19,477 nucleotides of DNA from a candidate division WOR-3 bacterium (GTDB taxonomy: Bacteria; Hydrothermota; Hydrothermia; B15-G9; WFZT01): assembly GCA_027053075.1 (NCBI GenBank), contig JALUEE010000012.1, positions 1 to 19,477 of the forward strand, given 5' to 3'. Each line of letters starts with the position of its first letter. The stretch's first letter is position 1. A program made the translations under genes and the position numbers. A model generated the notes under the pieces. It ran no database searches. It was given only the letters and a program-made list of their open reading frames with translations, and had not been told where the DNA came from. Below are positions 1 to 8,731 of the stretch, in pieces.

Positions 1-78
1 AAGCCCTTCAAGGCACCAGAAGAAATTATCAGAGAAGTCAGGGAAGAAAGGAATGCCAGCTTCACCGATTTGTATTGA
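1..78 (+). CDS. C-terminal fragment of a probable type II antitoxin (VapB-like), truncated by the window start
   Basis: Frame 1 is open from base 1 to TGA at 76-78 (KPFKAPEEIIREVREERNASFTDLY*) and overlaps the start of the PIN gene. The EEIIREVREER tail resembles VapB-type C-termini. Confidence 0.6.
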   Translation, partial: KPFKAPEEIIREVREERNASFTDLY

Positions 79-487
79 CGCCAGCTTTCTGGTTAGATTA
101 TTGCTCTCTCCAGACCCTGGGTTTCAGCAGGTGGAATTATGGGAAAAATGGCATAGAGAAGGTCGTAAGATAATTGCTCCTACCTTAATTTTTTACGAAA
201 TAGCAAATGCCCTACACAGGTATTTTGTCCATAATGAACTCAGTCAGAATGAGGTTTTTGAATTGCTATCTATCGCCCTTGAATTCGACATAGCTTTATA
301 TGGTGATAATGAACTACACAAAAGAGCAGTTGAAATGGCCCAAGAATTTAACCTTCCAGCCACTTACGATGCCCATTATCTTGCACTTGCAGAACGATTC
401 GGGGCAGAATTCTGGACAGCAGATAAGAAGTTAGCAAATTCTTTGCGAGGCAAAATGCCAAGAATACATCTTTTACAAGATAGTTGA
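53..487 (+). CDS. vapC: PIN-domain ribonuclease, VapC-family toxin
   Basis: 144 aa with N-terminal IDAS, central YEIANAL, and YDAHYLALA and WTADKKL motifs carrying the acidic PIN residues. Confidence 0.9.
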   Translation: MPASPICIDASFLVRLLLSPDPGFQQVELWEKWHREGRKIIAPTLIFYEIANALHRYFVHNELSQNEVFELLSIALEFDIALYGDNELHKRAVEMAQEFNLPATYDAHYLALAERFGAEFWTADKKLANSLRGKMPRIHLLQDS

Positions 488-580
488 TAACTAAGGCATT
501 TCTTAGAACACACCGCACTTCTTGAGGTTTCTTCTGAAGTGCTCAATCATTATAACATTCCATTCAAAGGGGTGATCAAA

Positions 581-1108
581 TTGAAACTGAGATTAGAAGA
601 CCTGAAGTCTGGACTTAATGAATTCTGGGCTTCTTACACTGATGAAGACCTGGACCTGAAAAACCAGGACTTCGAGCTGGTTAACAAACTGGACCTTTAT
701 ATCAGGGCAGTTAAGCGCGGCCGTAATGTGGAGCTCACCCTTGAGGCAACCTACACCCTCAGGCTTACCTGCGCGAGATGCCTCGATGAATTCAATAAAA
801 AATTCAACGAAAAGGAAACTTACTACATCAAAATTGGCAAGGAACCTTTTTTTGAGGAAAAGTCTCTCAAAGAACGCGACATATTCACACAATTTATTGA
901 GACCGACGAAATAGATGTGGTTCCATTTGTAAGGGAAATGGTTATCCTTTCAGTTCCAATGAAGCCACTCTGCAAACCTGATTGTAAAGGACTCTGCCCT
1001 GTCTGCGGTGTCAACTGGAACTACGAAACATGTGAGCACATGAATCAGCCAAAGGTTGATACCAGAATGGCCAAACTGCTTGAATTAAAATCCAAGCTTG
1101 GCATGTAA
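581..1108 (+). CDS. yceD: YceD/DUF177 family metal-binding protein (23S rRNA accumulation)
   Basis: CARCL motif and PMKPLCKPDCKGLCPVCGVNWN motif; C-terminus D.R...L..L. TTG at 581 follows AAAGGGGTG, so it is preferred over the ORF-track start at 539. Confidence 0.9.
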   Translation: MKLRLEDLKSGLNEFWASYTDEDLDLKNQDFELVNKLDLYIRAVKRGRNVELTLEATYTLRLTCARCLDEFNKKFNEKETYYIKIGKEPFFEEKSLKERDIFTQFIETDEIDVVPFVREMVILSVPMKPLCKPDCKGLCPVCGVNWNYETCEHMNQPKVDTRMAKLLELKSKLGM

Positions 1109-1120
1109 GGAGGTTGAGAT

Positions 1121-2632
1121 ATGAAACTTGTTGAATGTGTACCCAATTTTTCAGAAGGAAGAAGGGAAGAAGTTGTTAATCAGATTGTTGCTGAAATTAC
1201 AAAGGTTCCGGGTGTCAAACTCCTCGATAAAGAGATGGACCCGGATCACAACAGAAGTGTTATCACATTTGTTGCTCCACCTGAGGCAGCCGTGGAGGCA
1301 GCATTTAACGCTACAAAAAAGGCAGCAGAGCTCATTGACCTGAACAAGCATAAAGGTGCACACCCAAGGATTGGGGCCACGGATGTCATTCCATTTGTGC
1401 CTTTAAAAGATATAACCGTTGAGGAATGTGTGGAGCTCGCTCATAAGCTTGCCAAAAGGATTGCCGACGAACTCAATATCCCGGTTTACCTTTACGAGGA
1501 AGCTGCAACAAGACCGGAGCGCAAAGACCTCGCATGGATTAGAAAAGGGGAATTTGAGGGCTTGCGGGAAGCAATTAAAACCGACCCTGATAGAAAGCCT
1601 GATTACGGTCCATCAGAATTGCATCCTACTGCAGGTGCCACGGTGGTGGGGGTGAGGAAGTTTCTCATTGCCTACAACGTCAATCTTGGAACCAACGACC
1701 TCAAGATTGCAAAGAAAATTGCCCGCAGGGTGAGAGCAAAGCACGGTGGACTCTCAGCTGTAAAGGCCCTCGGATTCGAGTTGCCAAATCGCGGAATTGT
1801 GCAGGTTTCCATGAATCTTGTGGATTTTGAGAAGTCACCGGTTTATCTTGCCTTTGAGCTTGTCAAACTCTTAGCCGAAAGGTACGGTGTGCCTGTAATT
1901 GGCTCTGAAATTGTGGGACTCATTCCGCAGAAAGCCCTGACTCAGGTGGCAGATTTTTATCTAAGGCTTGAGGACTTCAAGGATGATCAGATTCTTGAAA
2001 ATAAGCTCGGTTATGACAATCCAGTTGAGGAGTTTGTCACTGAGCTTTCCCTTCCAACTCCCACACCTGGTGGTGGAGCAGCCTCTGCTCTCTCCCTTGC
2101 ACTTTCCTATGCTCTGCTTTCAATGGTTGCAGGTCTGACCCTTAAGAGTAAAAAGTATGAAGGAGCATGGGACATCGCAAAGGAGGTGCAGAATAGGGCT
2201 TATGCGGGAATTAAAAAGGCACTTGAGCTTATGAAAGAGGATACAGAGGCATTTAACGAGGTAATGGAGAGCTTCAAACTGCCAAAGAACACGGAAGAGG
2301 AGAAAAAGGCAAGAAAGGAGGCCATTCAGAAGGCACTCAAAAAGGCGACAGATGTGCCCCTCAGAACAATGGAAGCTGCCTTTGATACAACAGGGGATTT
2401 AAAGGCATTACTGGAGCATGGGAATAAGAATGCCATCTCCGATGTGGGAGTTGCGGCGCTTCAGGCAAGGGCTGCCTATGATGGGGCAAAGATGAACGTC
2501 CTCATCAACCTTGGCTCGATAAAGGATGAGGAGTTTGTGAAATCTATCCGTTCAAAATTGGACGAAATGGACTCCACATTTTATAAGGATATCGAGGAAG
2601 TTGTTGAAGGGGTAAAGAAGGAGCTCGGGTAA
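1121..2632 (+). CDS. ftcD: Bifunctional glutamate formiminotransferase / formiminotetrahydrofolate cyclodeaminase
   Basis: N-terminal LVECVPNFSEGR, DPDHNRSV and HKGAHPRIGATDVIPFVP (transferase domain); C-terminal PTPGGGAASA and GNKNAISDVGVA (cyclodeaminase domain). RBS AGGAGGT. Confidence 0.93.
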   Translation: MKLVECVPNFSEGRREEVVNQIVAEITKVPGVKLLDKEMDPDHNRSVITFVAPPEAAVEAAFNATKKAAELIDLNKHKGAHPRIGATDVIPFVPLKDITVEECVELAHKLAKRIADELNIPVYLYEEAATRPERKDLAWIRKGEFEGLREAIKTDPDRKPDYGPSELHPTAGATVVGVRKFLIAYNVNLGTNDLKIAKKIARRVRAKHGGLSAVKALGFELPNRGIVQVSMNLVDFEKSPVYLAFELVKLLAERYGVPVIGSEIVGLIPQKALTQVADFYLRLEDFKDDQILENKLGYDNPVEEFVTELSLPTPTPGGGAASALSLALSYALLSMVAGLTLKSKKYEGAWDIAKEVQNRAYAGIKKALELMKEDTEAFNEVMESFKLPKNTEEEKKARKEAIQKALKKATDVPLRTMEAAFDTTGDLKALLEHGNKNAISDVGVAALQARAAYDGAKMNVLINLGSIKDEEFVKSIRSKLDEMDSTFYKDIEEVVEGVKKELG

Positions 2633-2670
2633 GGGGTAGAATCTTTTTGAGCTTTGATTTTGGGTATAAA

Positions 2671-2704
2671 TTTGGGGCCGCTTGCGAAGCAAGCGGCCCC
2701 CAAA
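2671..2704. terminator. GC-rich hairpin between convergent ftcD and waaF (possible bidirectional terminator or REP-like element)
   Basis: GGGGCCGCTTGC-GAA-GCAAGCGGCCCC forms a perfect 12-bp stem (2674-2700), flanked by TTT and CAAA. Confidence 0.65.
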
Positions 2705-2727
2705 GGTTTGGAAATTTAAGAGGTAAG

Positions 2728-2764
2728 CCCTCACCCCAGCCCTCTCCCACTTCGTGAGAGAGGG
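2728..2764 (+). repeat. CCCTCACCCCAGCCCTCTCCC...GAGAGGG palindromic repeat, copy 1
   Basis: Pyrimidine leader, then an 11-bp stem CCCTCTCCCAC-TTC-GTGAGAGAGGG with one mismatch. Related to the element at 5302-5337. Confidence 0.7.
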
Positions 2765-2844
2765 AGATTTTTGAAAAAATTGCTCAGCGGAAGCAAATTC
2801 TTTTGAAAATCGAGGATGCTAAAAATTTTTCAACCTAATGGTTA

Positions 2845-3774
2845 TCACTTCTCCAGAATTGCAAGGAGTTTTTCAACCACCTCATCAACTCCCACTGTCC
2901 TGTAACAGTCGTAAGTACCAAGAGGACAGGTGCGTTTGAAGCAGGGAGAGCAGGGAATTTGGTGGTAGATATAAAATCCCCGCTCACCAAAGGGGGCTGT
3001 CCAGCCGGGATCAGTGGATAAAAATATTGTTAAAACCTTCGTCCCTGCTGCTATTCCGAGGTGTGAAAGTCCGGAATCTATGGCAAGCAGGGCCCTTGCT
3101 CGAGAAAGGATACAAACCGTCTCTCTCAAGCTCGTTTTTCCAACAAGATTGACGAAATCATTGAGCCCCTTTGCTTTTCCCACATCCCCCGGTCCCCCAA
3201 GAAACACCACCTGAAATCTCCTCTTCTCAATCCTTTTTGCCACTTCTATGAAATTTTCAAGAGGCCATTCCTTGGCAGGACCGTAGTTGGCAAATGGACT
3301 CATGGCAACAAACTTCTCCATCTCAAACTCCGATTCACATCCCTCTACTTCCACCCTGGGTTCCATTACCTGAGGCTCTATTCCGAGGGGTCTCGCAAGT
3401 CTCAGATAACTCAGCAAGATATGTTCCTTTCTCCAGAATTCTCGCCTCTTTACCACGTGAGTCAGAAGAAATGAACGCCCATCCCCGTCAAATCCAATTC
3501 TGATCCCCGGATGAGCAAGCCACATCGCAAAGGCAGAGGAAAAAGAATAGGGAACCACTACACCGACATCAAACTTTCGCCTCATCTTAAGCGAAATCCC
3601 TAAAAGCTCCTTCCTTGAAGAAAATTTGTGGCATTTTATGATACCCTCAAAAACAGGGGTAACCCTTACATGGCATATTCCCTCAATCTGATGTCCCTTC
3701 TTCAGATTCGAAATTAACGGGATAGAATTTACTGCGTCACCAATCCAGTTGGGGATTCTGACCAGTATTTTCAT
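2845..3774 (-). CDS. waaF: Lipopolysaccharide heptosyltransferase II-like, glycosyltransferase family 9
   Basis: MKILVRIPNWIGDAV N-terminus, YGPAKEWP, NLVGKTSL, DSGLSH and C-terminal CSPCFKRTCPLGTYDC. Confidence 0.85.
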   Translation of the reverse strand: MKILVRIPNWIGDAVNSIPLISNLKKGHQIEGICHVRVTPVFEGIIKCHKFSSRKELLGISLKMRRKFDVGVVVPYSFSSAFAMWLAHPGIRIGFDGDGRSFLLTHVVKRREFWRKEHILLSYLRLARPLGIEPQVMEPRVEVEGCESEFEMEKFVAMSPFANYGPAKEWPLENFIEVAKRIEKRRFQVVFLGGPGDVGKAKGLNDFVNLVGKTSLRETVCILSRARALLAIDSGLSHLGIAAGTKVLTIFLSTDPGWTAPFGERGFYIYHQIPCSPCFKRTCPLGTYDCYRTVGVDEVVEKLLAILEK

Positions 3775-5135
3775 TCAAAATTCAGGACTTTGATCTTGAT
3801 TCTGCCGACAATGGAGATGATTTCTGTTTGCTTATCAATCCCGCCCGTTTTTAGCATTATATGCCGTGCACTTGCTGGAAATTCGTTGAAAATCGAGTCC
3901 ACAAATACCCATCTTCCACCGATCCATACGGCATTCCAGGCGTGGTAATAATAAGCACCATTGGCATAAATTAGCCCTACAACAACCCGTGTAGGAATAC
4001 CTGCCGCCCTTGCCACTGCTCCAAAGAGGACTGCGTGTTCATTGCAATCCCCTCTCTTTGATTCAAGTACCTCGAGGGCCGATGGAATGGTAACCGTGGG
4101 CTTTTTCTCAATGTAGTTATAGACCCAGTCCTTAATTCTCTCCACTTTCTCTACGTCATTTTCCAAGCCCGATGTTAGATTCATGGCAATGTCTCGAATC
4201 CGAGGGTCATCTGACTGCATAAATTCATCTGGCATGAGATACTTCTTAACAGAATCGGGAATTTCCGTGGAGGCGGACAGTGTGGAGAGGTCCGGGACAT
4301 CAATTTTGATTACAGCAAAATCTTTGCCTTTTTTTATAAGCTTCTGGCCATCCAGTGTGAGATCAAGGAAGTTAGGATCAATATTTGAGAGCTCAAGCTC
4401 CACCGATTTTGCATCCTGGGGTACATTACCCTCAGGAACAACGGCAAAGAGACGCAGAAGGTCCACTGACTGGTTTTGTATCCTTGTAGCTACTTCTTCT
4501 GGCTCATCAATGCTCACGATACCGAGGGCTCCTTCATCACGGATTATTCTGCCGTTGTAAACATAGGTGTGGGTTGTATATCCGAGGTACTTCAGCACGT
4601 ATTCCTTTGCTTTAACCTTCTTGCCCTGATATGAAAGGAACTTGTATGTAATCTTTAAAAGCTGTGCGTCTTCAATGGTGAAAGTGGATGGGTCGTAGAG
4701 TTTAAATGTTTTAGGTATGGGTTTATTGAGAATCATACGAGCGTGGAGAAGGGTTGGAACAAGGAATTTATCAGCGGGGAGTTCTCTTGATGGCCCTTGT
4801 CTGCCGTTCATTTCCACTGAAACTTTCATAGATTTCCCGGTCCTCTTGCCAGTAGATTTCACCCTCTGGTCACCAGTTGAAAGGAAAAATTCAAAAGATT
4901 TGAGCTTGAGCGTCTTATCGGCTTGGACAACGGTTGTGGTGTTGAGGCTTTTGGGCTGACCAAGCATTTTAAGGTCCATCACAGTAGTTTCTCGGATTTC
5001 GTAGCCACTCGTTTTTCTGTCAATTTCAATGTGGGTGTATCCGATTTTGTAGCTCTTCACATAGACTCCTAACCACTGCTCAAATCTGGCCTGAAGAGAG
5101 CCAATTATAAAAATTGCAATCAATAGTTTTCTCAT
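3771..5135 (-). CDS. Secreted transglutaminase-like (papain-fold) domain protein
   Basis: Signal-peptide-like N-terminus MRKLLIAIFIIGSLQA; catalytic triad motifs GDCNEH, HAWN and FVDS; ARAAGIPTRVVVG. RBS GGAGGT; 4-nt overlap with waaF. Confidence 0.85.
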   Translation of the reverse strand: MRKLLIAIFIIGSLQARFEQWLGVYVKSYKIGYTHIEIDRKTSGYEIRETTVMDLKMLGQPKSLNTTTVVQADKTLKLKSFEFFLSTGDQRVKSTGKRTGKSMKVSVEMNGRQGPSRELPADKFLVPTLLHARMILNKPIPKTFKLYDPSTFTIEDAQLLKITYKFLSYQGKKVKAKEYVLKYLGYTTHTYVYNGRIIRDEGALGIVSIDEPEEVATRIQNQSVDLLRLFAVVPEGNVPQDAKSVELELSNIDPNFLDLTLDGQKLIKKGKDFAVIKIDVPDLSTLSASTEIPDSVKKYLMPDEFMQSDDPRIRDIAMNLTSGLENDVEKVERIKDWVYNYIEKKPTVTIPSALEVLESKRGDCNEHAVLFGAVARAAGIPTRVVVGLIYANGAYYYHAWNAVWIGGRWVFVDSIFNEFPASARHIMLKTGGIDKQTEIISIVGRIKIKVLNFE

Positions 5136-5301
5136 ATCTGACCTCCAGTGGGTTTAATTATACGACTTCTATTCTTCGTTTTCATGTGGAGGTGAGACTG
5201 TTTGAAAAGTCCACCGAAATTTCATCTTCTTCACCTGACAAGGAGTGATTAAGTGGCAAAATAGACGAGCCCAAAATTTTGCTTACCATAATTTTCCCAT
5301 T

Positions 5302-5337
5302 CCACCCCGGCCCTCCCTTCCCGGAGGGAAGGGAGGG
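5302..5337 (+). repeat. CACCCCGGCCCTCCC...GGGAGGG palindromic repeat, copy 2
   Basis: Perfect 12-bp stem CCCTCCCTTCCC-GGA-GGGAAGGGAGGG (5311-5337) preceded by CCACCCCGG. Shares CACCCCRGCCCTC...GAGGG with copy 1. Confidence 0.7.
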
Positions 5338-5485
5338 TGATAAGAGCTGAACTACTTGATTCCCTCGAAGAAGCACATTCCCGCTCACCAGGGGCATCCC
5401 GTACATAACGAAGGTAACTTTTTCGTAATGCTCTGTGGAATGACATATATAGACACCCCACCCTTTCTGCCAGGCTCACGTGTAT

Positions 5486-5514
5486 TTGCCTTAAGTTGGG
5501 AGAGGTAATATACT
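5486..5514 (+). promoter_or_regulatory. Sigma70-type promoter for the PHP-mtnA-mtaB operon
   Basis: TTGCCT (5486-5491), 17-nt spacer, TATACT (5509-5514); AGGAG RBS before the ATG at 5545. Confidence 0.65.
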
Positions 5515-5544
5515 TTTACCCCTTGATTCAGGTAGGAGTGGAAA

Positions 5545-6387
5545 ATGACGGGAGAAAAGCGCATAGACCTTCATACACATACCACGTGCTCGGATGGAAT
5601 TTATCCACCTGAGCAGCTAATAGAAAAGGCAGCGTTCGTAGGATTGAGCGTTATTTCGGTAACGGACCATGATACAGTTGCCTGCCTTGACCGTGCCATA
5701 GAGCATGGCAAACGCATGGGACTCGAAGAGGTCGTCCCGGGAGTTGAGCTCTCATCTGAGGAAAATAAGCATGAAGTGCACATACTCGGCTATTACATGG
5801 ACTACCAAGATCCGGACTTTCTAAAAGCTCTGAGGGCATTCAGAGAAGAGCGATTGAACAGGGCAAGAAAGATGGCAAGGATTCTTCAGGACCTCGGGCT
5901 TGATGTGACCTTTGACGAAATTCTTATGGCTGCCGGTAGCAGTATGAACATAGGGCGTCCTCATGTGGCCAAAGTTCTGCTTGATAAAGGGTACGTCTCA
6001 TCCACACAGGAAGCATTTGACAAATATATTGCTGAGGGTCGACCAGCCTACGTGCCAAAATTCAAAATCTCACCTGAAGAAGCGGTGGAGTTGATTTTAA
6101 GAGCAGGTGGCGTGCCTGTTTACGCTCATCCTGGAAAGACTGGCGATCCGGACCATGTGATTTATCTTGTAAAATACGGGCTTATGGGCGTCGAGGTCTG
6201 GCACCCTGAAAATTCGCCTGAAATCCAGAAGGTACTCATTGAAATTGCTGATAGATTTGGACTTATCAAAACCGGCGGTACCGATTTCCACGGTGAGGGC
6301 AGAAGCAAGGCCCCACTTGGCTCAATTGATGTACCTTACGAAAGTTACATTGAATTAAAACGTGCCCGGTCACGGGCAAAAATTTAA
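5545..6387 (+). CDS. PHP-domain metal-dependent phosphoesterase (TrpH/YciV-like)
   Basis: DLHTHTTCSDG, TDHDT, PGVELS, HILGY, GRPHVA, AHP and GGTDFHG motifs. Confidence 0.9.
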   Translation: MTGEKRIDLHTHTTCSDGIYPPEQLIEKAAFVGLSVISVTDHDTVACLDRAIEHGKRMGLEEVVPGVELSSEENKHEVHILGYYMDYQDPDFLKALRAFREERLNRARKMARILQDLGLDVTFDEILMAAGSSMNIGRPHVAKVLLDKGYVSSTQEAFDKYIAEGRPAYVPKFKISPEEAVELILRAGGVPVYAHPGKTGDPDHVIYLVKYGLMGVEVWHPENSPEIQKVLIEIADRFGLIKTGGTDFHGEGRSKAPLGSIDVPYESYIELKRARSRAKI

Positions 6388-6400
6388 CAGGGAGAGTGCC

Positions 6401-7369
6401 ATGCTTAAGTCAATTGAATGGGAAGGGAATTATCTTGTCATCATTGATCAAACAAAACTACCCGAAAAAATAGAATACGTAGAGCTTCACAGCGTTTCAG
6501 ATGTTTATGATGCCATTGTTTCAATGAAACTGCGTGGGGCTCCTCTGATCGGTGTGGCAGCAGCCTACGGCGTACTGCTCGGAGTGCTTGAGGGTAGAAA
6601 TCCTTATATGGTCATTGAACAGTTAAAGAAATCGCGTCCAACGGCGGTTAATCTATTCCGTGCCCTTGACGAGATTCAGGAAGTTATTGATGAAGGTGGC
6701 GATTTAGTTGCCATCGAGGAGAAGGCAAAGGAAATAGAAAATCGGGAAATAGAGGCGTCCAATAGGATTGGTGATACTGGACTCGAGATAGTTCCGGAAA
6801 AAGCAAGAATCTTAACCATCTGCAATACCGGCATTTTTGCTACACCTGGCATAGGAACAGCCCTTGCAGTGGTCTACAAAGCACATGAAGCCGGCAAGTT
6901 GAAGCAGGTTTATTCCCTCGAGACCAGACCTGTGCTTCAGGGAGCAAGACTCACGGTTTACGAGCTCATGGAGGCGGAAATTGACGTGACCCTCGTTGTG
7001 GACAGCATGGCTGGCATTCTCATGGACAGAGGGATGATAGACCTCGTTATTGTAGGCGCAGATCGAGTTGCCCGTAATGGTGATTTTGCCAACAAGATAG
7101 GAACCCTGCCACTTGCGATTCTTGCAAATCATTTCAAAGTTCCGTTTTTCACTGCCCTACCCACCACGACAATTGATTTGAGCATTAAATCCGGCGACGA
7201 GATTCCCATTGAGGAAAGAGACCCAGAAGAAGTTAAAAAAGTGATGGGGCACTACATTACAAGAAAGGATGCAAAGGCTCTAAACTACGCCTTTGACGTC
7301 ACACCGGCAAGGTATGTTGCCGGTTATATCACAGAGAAGGGGATACTCACGCCACCTTTTGAACTATGA
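6401..7369 (+). CDS. mtnA: S-methyl-5-thioribose-1-phosphate isomerase
   Basis: DQTKLP, RGAPLIG, SRPTAVNL, TICNTG, ETRPVLQGARLT, GADRVARNGDFANKIGT and AFDVTP. ATG at 6401 after GGGAGAG is the preferred start. Confidence 0.92.
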   Translation: MLKSIEWEGNYLVIIDQTKLPEKIEYVELHSVSDVYDAIVSMKLRGAPLIGVAAAYGVLLGVLEGRNPYMVIEQLKKSRPTAVNLFRALDEIQEVIDEGGDLVAIEEKAKEIENREIEASNRIGDTGLEIVPEKARILTICNTGIFATPGIGTALAVVYKAHEAGKLKQVYSLETRPVLQGARLTVYELMEAEIDVTLVVDSMAGILMDRGMIDLVIVGADRVARNGDFANKIGTLPLAILANHFKVPFFTALPTTTIDLSIKSGDEIPIEERDPEEVKKVMGHYITRKDAKALNYAFDVTPARYVAGYITEKGILTPPFEL

Positions 7370-8583
7370 AGTTTTTCATTAAAACTTACGGCTGTAAGAT
7401 CAATCAGTACGATTCGGCAGTCCTTAGGGGACATCTTCTGTCACAGGGTTTCGAGGAGACTGAGAACCTCGAAGATGCCGATATGATTTTTCTAAATTCG
7501 TGTGTTGTGACCCATAGAGCGGAGCGGGATGCTCGTCATTTTTTAAATAGAATCCGCAGGAAAAAGAAGGCAGGGGCAAAGGTGTTCTTCACCGGGTGTG
7601 GTGCCAATTTTATGCCAGAGCCCGAAGATGAGGGGATATTCTTTGGAGATTTCAACACTCTTTCAAAGATTCTTGGCATTACACGCCAGTTTCCGGTCTT
7701 CACCCGCACGCGCCCTTTTGTCAAAATCCAGGAGGGATGTGATTTTAAATGCACCTATTGCGTTGTTCCAAGGGTCAGAGGCACTTCGAGATCAAGGCCA
7801 TCAGCTGAAATTTTAGATGAAATTAGATTCCATCTCGAGCACGGTGCAAAAGAGATCGTGCTTACAGGCACGCAGATCGGGCATTGGGGGAGGGAATGGG
7901 GGCTCAAGCTGGAGGATTTGATTTCTGAAATTTTAATGATTGATGGAGAATTTCGGCTGCGGATTTCTTCTATCGCGCCGGTGCACGTGAGTGACAGACT
8001 AATTGAGCTTTTCAGGGAAAATCCCCACAGGCTTGCTCCGCATTTTCATATTTCTTTGCAATCAGGCTCAGAGAAGGTCTTAAAGGATATGAAGCGCCCC
8101 TACTCAATCGGAAAGTATGTCTCCATCGTTCAGAAGATTAAGGATGAGATTCCAGGAGTGGCTATAGGAACTGACATAATTGTCGGCTTTCCGACAGAGA
8201 CGGATGAGGATTTTGAGAAAACTTTGAGGCTTGTGGAAGACATGCCATTTGCTTATTTGCACGTCTTTGAATACTCACCAAGGCCTGGGACCGAGGCATT
8301 TAGTCTTGGAGACATTCCATCGAATGTGAAAAAAGAGCGGGTCAAAAGGCTACTTGCACTTGTCGAAGAAAAACGACAAAGTTTCAAGAGAGAAAATATC
8401 GGCAGGAAGCTCCTTGCGCTTGTTGAATCAAGTAAGAATGGCAGTTTTGTGGGTACAACAGGAAATTACCTCAGGGTCCATATCAAGGGTGAAAGAATTA
8501 AGGAAGGGGAATTTAAAGAAGTTCTGATTAAAGAGCCTTTACCACAGGACCGGGACGTCATCGGGATAGTGGCCACGAGATAG
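7366..8583 (+). CDS. mtaB: tRNA t6A37 methylthiotransferase (MtaB-like radical SAM)
   Basis: UPF0004 N-terminus TYGCKINQYDS/NSCVVT/TGC, radical SAM motif KIQEGCDFKCTYC, GTDIIVGFP and HVFEYSPRPGT. ATGA overlap with mtnA. Confidence 0.88.
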   Translation: MKFFIKTYGCKINQYDSAVLRGHLLSQGFEETENLEDADMIFLNSCVVTHRAERDARHFLNRIRRKKKAGAKVFFTGCGANFMPEPEDEGIFFGDFNTLSKILGITRQFPVFTRTRPFVKIQEGCDFKCTYCVVPRVRGTSRSRPSAEILDEIRFHLEHGAKEIVLTGTQIGHWGREWGLKLEDLISEILMIDGEFRLRISSIAPVHVSDRLIELFRENPHRLAPHFHISLQSGSEKVLKDMKRPYSIGKYVSIVQKIKDEIPGVAIGTDIIVGFPTETDEDFEKTLRLVEDMPFAYLHVFEYSPRPGTEAFSLGDIPSNVKKERVKRLLALVEEKRQSFKRENIGRKLLALVESSKNGSFVGTTGNYLRVHIKGERIKEGEFKEVLIKEPLPQDRDVIGIVATR

Positions 8584-8702
8584 GTGGTAGACCGGGCAAG
8601 AAGCTCTGTAGTAGTTCATTGCTACATTTTAGCAATGTTGTGGGCGTACAAATCCTTTAAAAACATGTTCTCCTTCACATTCGCGTGCTCTTTGCGAAAA
8701 TC

Positions 8703-8731
8703 TTGTTATTCTAAGGGTTTGCTTATATAAT
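8703..8731 (+). promoter_or_regulatory. Sigma70-type promoter upstream of the ATPase subunit A gene
   Basis: TTGTTA (8703-8708), 17-nt spacer, TATAAT (8726-8731); RBS GGAGGTG at 8757-8763. Confidence 0.75.

Noticed and set aside
2544..2750. ORF beginning MGEGWGEG
   Set aside because: This is the translation of the palindromic repeat and the antisense of ftcD, not a credible gene.
5182..5479. Small minus-strand ORFs 5182-5406 and 5249-5479
   Set aside because: They overlap each other, read through the palindromic repeat, and have no clear RBS or recognisable motif.
6811..6840. MtnA TICN instead of THCN as a sign of inactivation
   Set aside because: The catalytic Cys and the GADR Asp are retained, and the Ile variant occurs in functional MtnA as I recall for Bacillus.
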